A DNA stretch of 64,000 nucleotides, from the NCBI RefSeq assembly GCF_963921235.1, contig NC_086097.1, positions 77,440,001-77,504,000 on the forward strand, read 5' to 3'. The notes beneath the pieces were generated by a model. The model saw only the letters and a program-made list of their open reading frames with translations. It was not told the origin of the DNA and did no database searches. Source of the stretch: Mobula hypostoma. Its lineage: Eukaryota. A program made the translations under genes and the position numbers. This document shows, piece after piece, positions 62,770 to 64,000 of the stretch (position 1 is the stretch's first letter; each line of letters opens with the position of its first letter).

Positions 62770-63850
62770 ACAAGGCAAGTTCATTTGGATGGCATTCAAA
62801 CACAAGGCAGCTCAAAGTGTTTTACATAAAACAAGATATAAAAATCAAACCGCAAATTTCAGACATTATAAAGAGAATAAAATCACACGTAAAAATAAAG
62901 AAATAAAAGTTATAATGATGGAGATTCTAATTAAAAGCTGCAGCGAAAAGAGAAGTTTTAAGCGTCGATTTAAAAGAGCTTAAAGTTGGGGCAGACTTCA
63001 GATCCTCTGGAAGGTTATTCCAGATACATGGAGCACAGTAACTAAAAGCTGCTTCACCATGTTTAGTTTTGACCCTGGGGACGCTAAGCAGATCTGCTCC
63101 AGATGATCTGAGAGCTCAGGAAGGTTCATAATGCAGCAAGAGATCGGAGATGTATTTTGGCCCTAGACCATTCAGTGCTTTATAAACCAGTAGCAATATT
63201 TTAAAGTCAACCCTCTGATGGACAGGAAGCCAGTGTAGTGATCTGAGACTGGGGTGATGTGTTCTACTTTCTAGGTCTTATTGTGGACTCTAACAGCAGT
63301 GTTCTGAATGAGCTGCAGTTGTCTAAGGGATTTTTTACAGAGATCTGTTAAAACGCCATTACAGTAGTCAAGCCTACTAAAAATAAATGCAGGGATGAGT
63401 TTTTCTAGATCTTGCTGAGACATAAGCCCTTTAACTCTCGCTGTATTTTTAAGATGGTAGTAGGCTGAGCTTGTAATTGTCTTAATGTGGCGGTTTAAAT
63501 TTAAATCAGAGACCGTCACAACACCAAGGTTTCTGGCTTGGTCTGTGGTCTGTAACAACAGAAATTCTAAGTGAGCACTGACTTCTTGGCACCAAAAACA
63601 ATTATTTCAGTTTCTCTTTATTTAACTGGAGGAAATTTTAGCTCATTCAATCAGTGATTTGTTCAATACAGTTTTTTAGTGATTGTATGGGACCATAGTC
63701 ACTTGATGACACTGTTAAATAAACTTGAGTGGCATCCCCATAACTAAGGTAAGATATTTTGTTGCTTACCATGATTTGAGCTAAAGGGAGCAGGTATATT
63801 AAACAGAAGAGGCTTAGTATGCACCCTTGAGGCACTCTGCTTATAATTTT
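62770..63850 (-). mobile_element. L2 LINE RT/3' fragment
   Basis: VPQGCILS, YGDATQVY, ARNLGV, LIPAFIFSRLDYCNG, LQLIQNTAVR; caaggcaag tail at ~62771. Confidence 0.92.
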
Positions 63851-64000
63851 TATTCGGTCAGATATGTAGCTACAAATCAACACAAAATAGTCCCTGTGTT
63901 TTAAACCAATTTAAAGAAAATACAGATATTATTAAAATTATAAATAAGAAATGAAAAATAAGAAAATATAAAAAATTATGGAAGACCTACATACTGTCCC

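Overview
Repeat-dense vertebrate intergenic/intronic DNA. The repeat mix (abundant CR1, Rex1/Babar, Penelope fragments, L2, RTE) suggests a cartilaginous fish such as a ray; this is an inference. I recognise no host protein-coding gene, rRNA, tRNA gene or CRISPR array. Every recognisable ORF is a transposon remnant or an antisense/low-complexity shadow. Main elements: an IR/DR-type Tc1 (5330-6944), an internally deleted Gypsy LTR element (13644-16471) nested in a Rex1 LINE, a TRIM-like Gypsy derivative (23222-24834), two mariner-type MITEs, a tRNA-derived SINE, a Tip100-like hAT (~47660-50499), an internally deleted Hero (R2-group) element (~52640-53425), a solo LTR, a Charlie/SPIN-like hAT and an L2. 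Most notable observations: (1) the Gypsy element has no tRNA primer-binding site; its PBS is a perfect 16-nt complement of its own LTR, a Tf1-like self-priming architecture; (2) a fully intact minimal hammerhead ribozyme core lies in a 145-bp Penelope-derived insertion, with several decayed siblings; (3) the Hero 3' UTR is highly structured and carries permuted hammerhead-like motifs; (4) the inner segment of a MITE is inverted between its two copies. Boundaries not anchored by a TSD or TIR are approximate, and family names come from motif recognition, not database searches.
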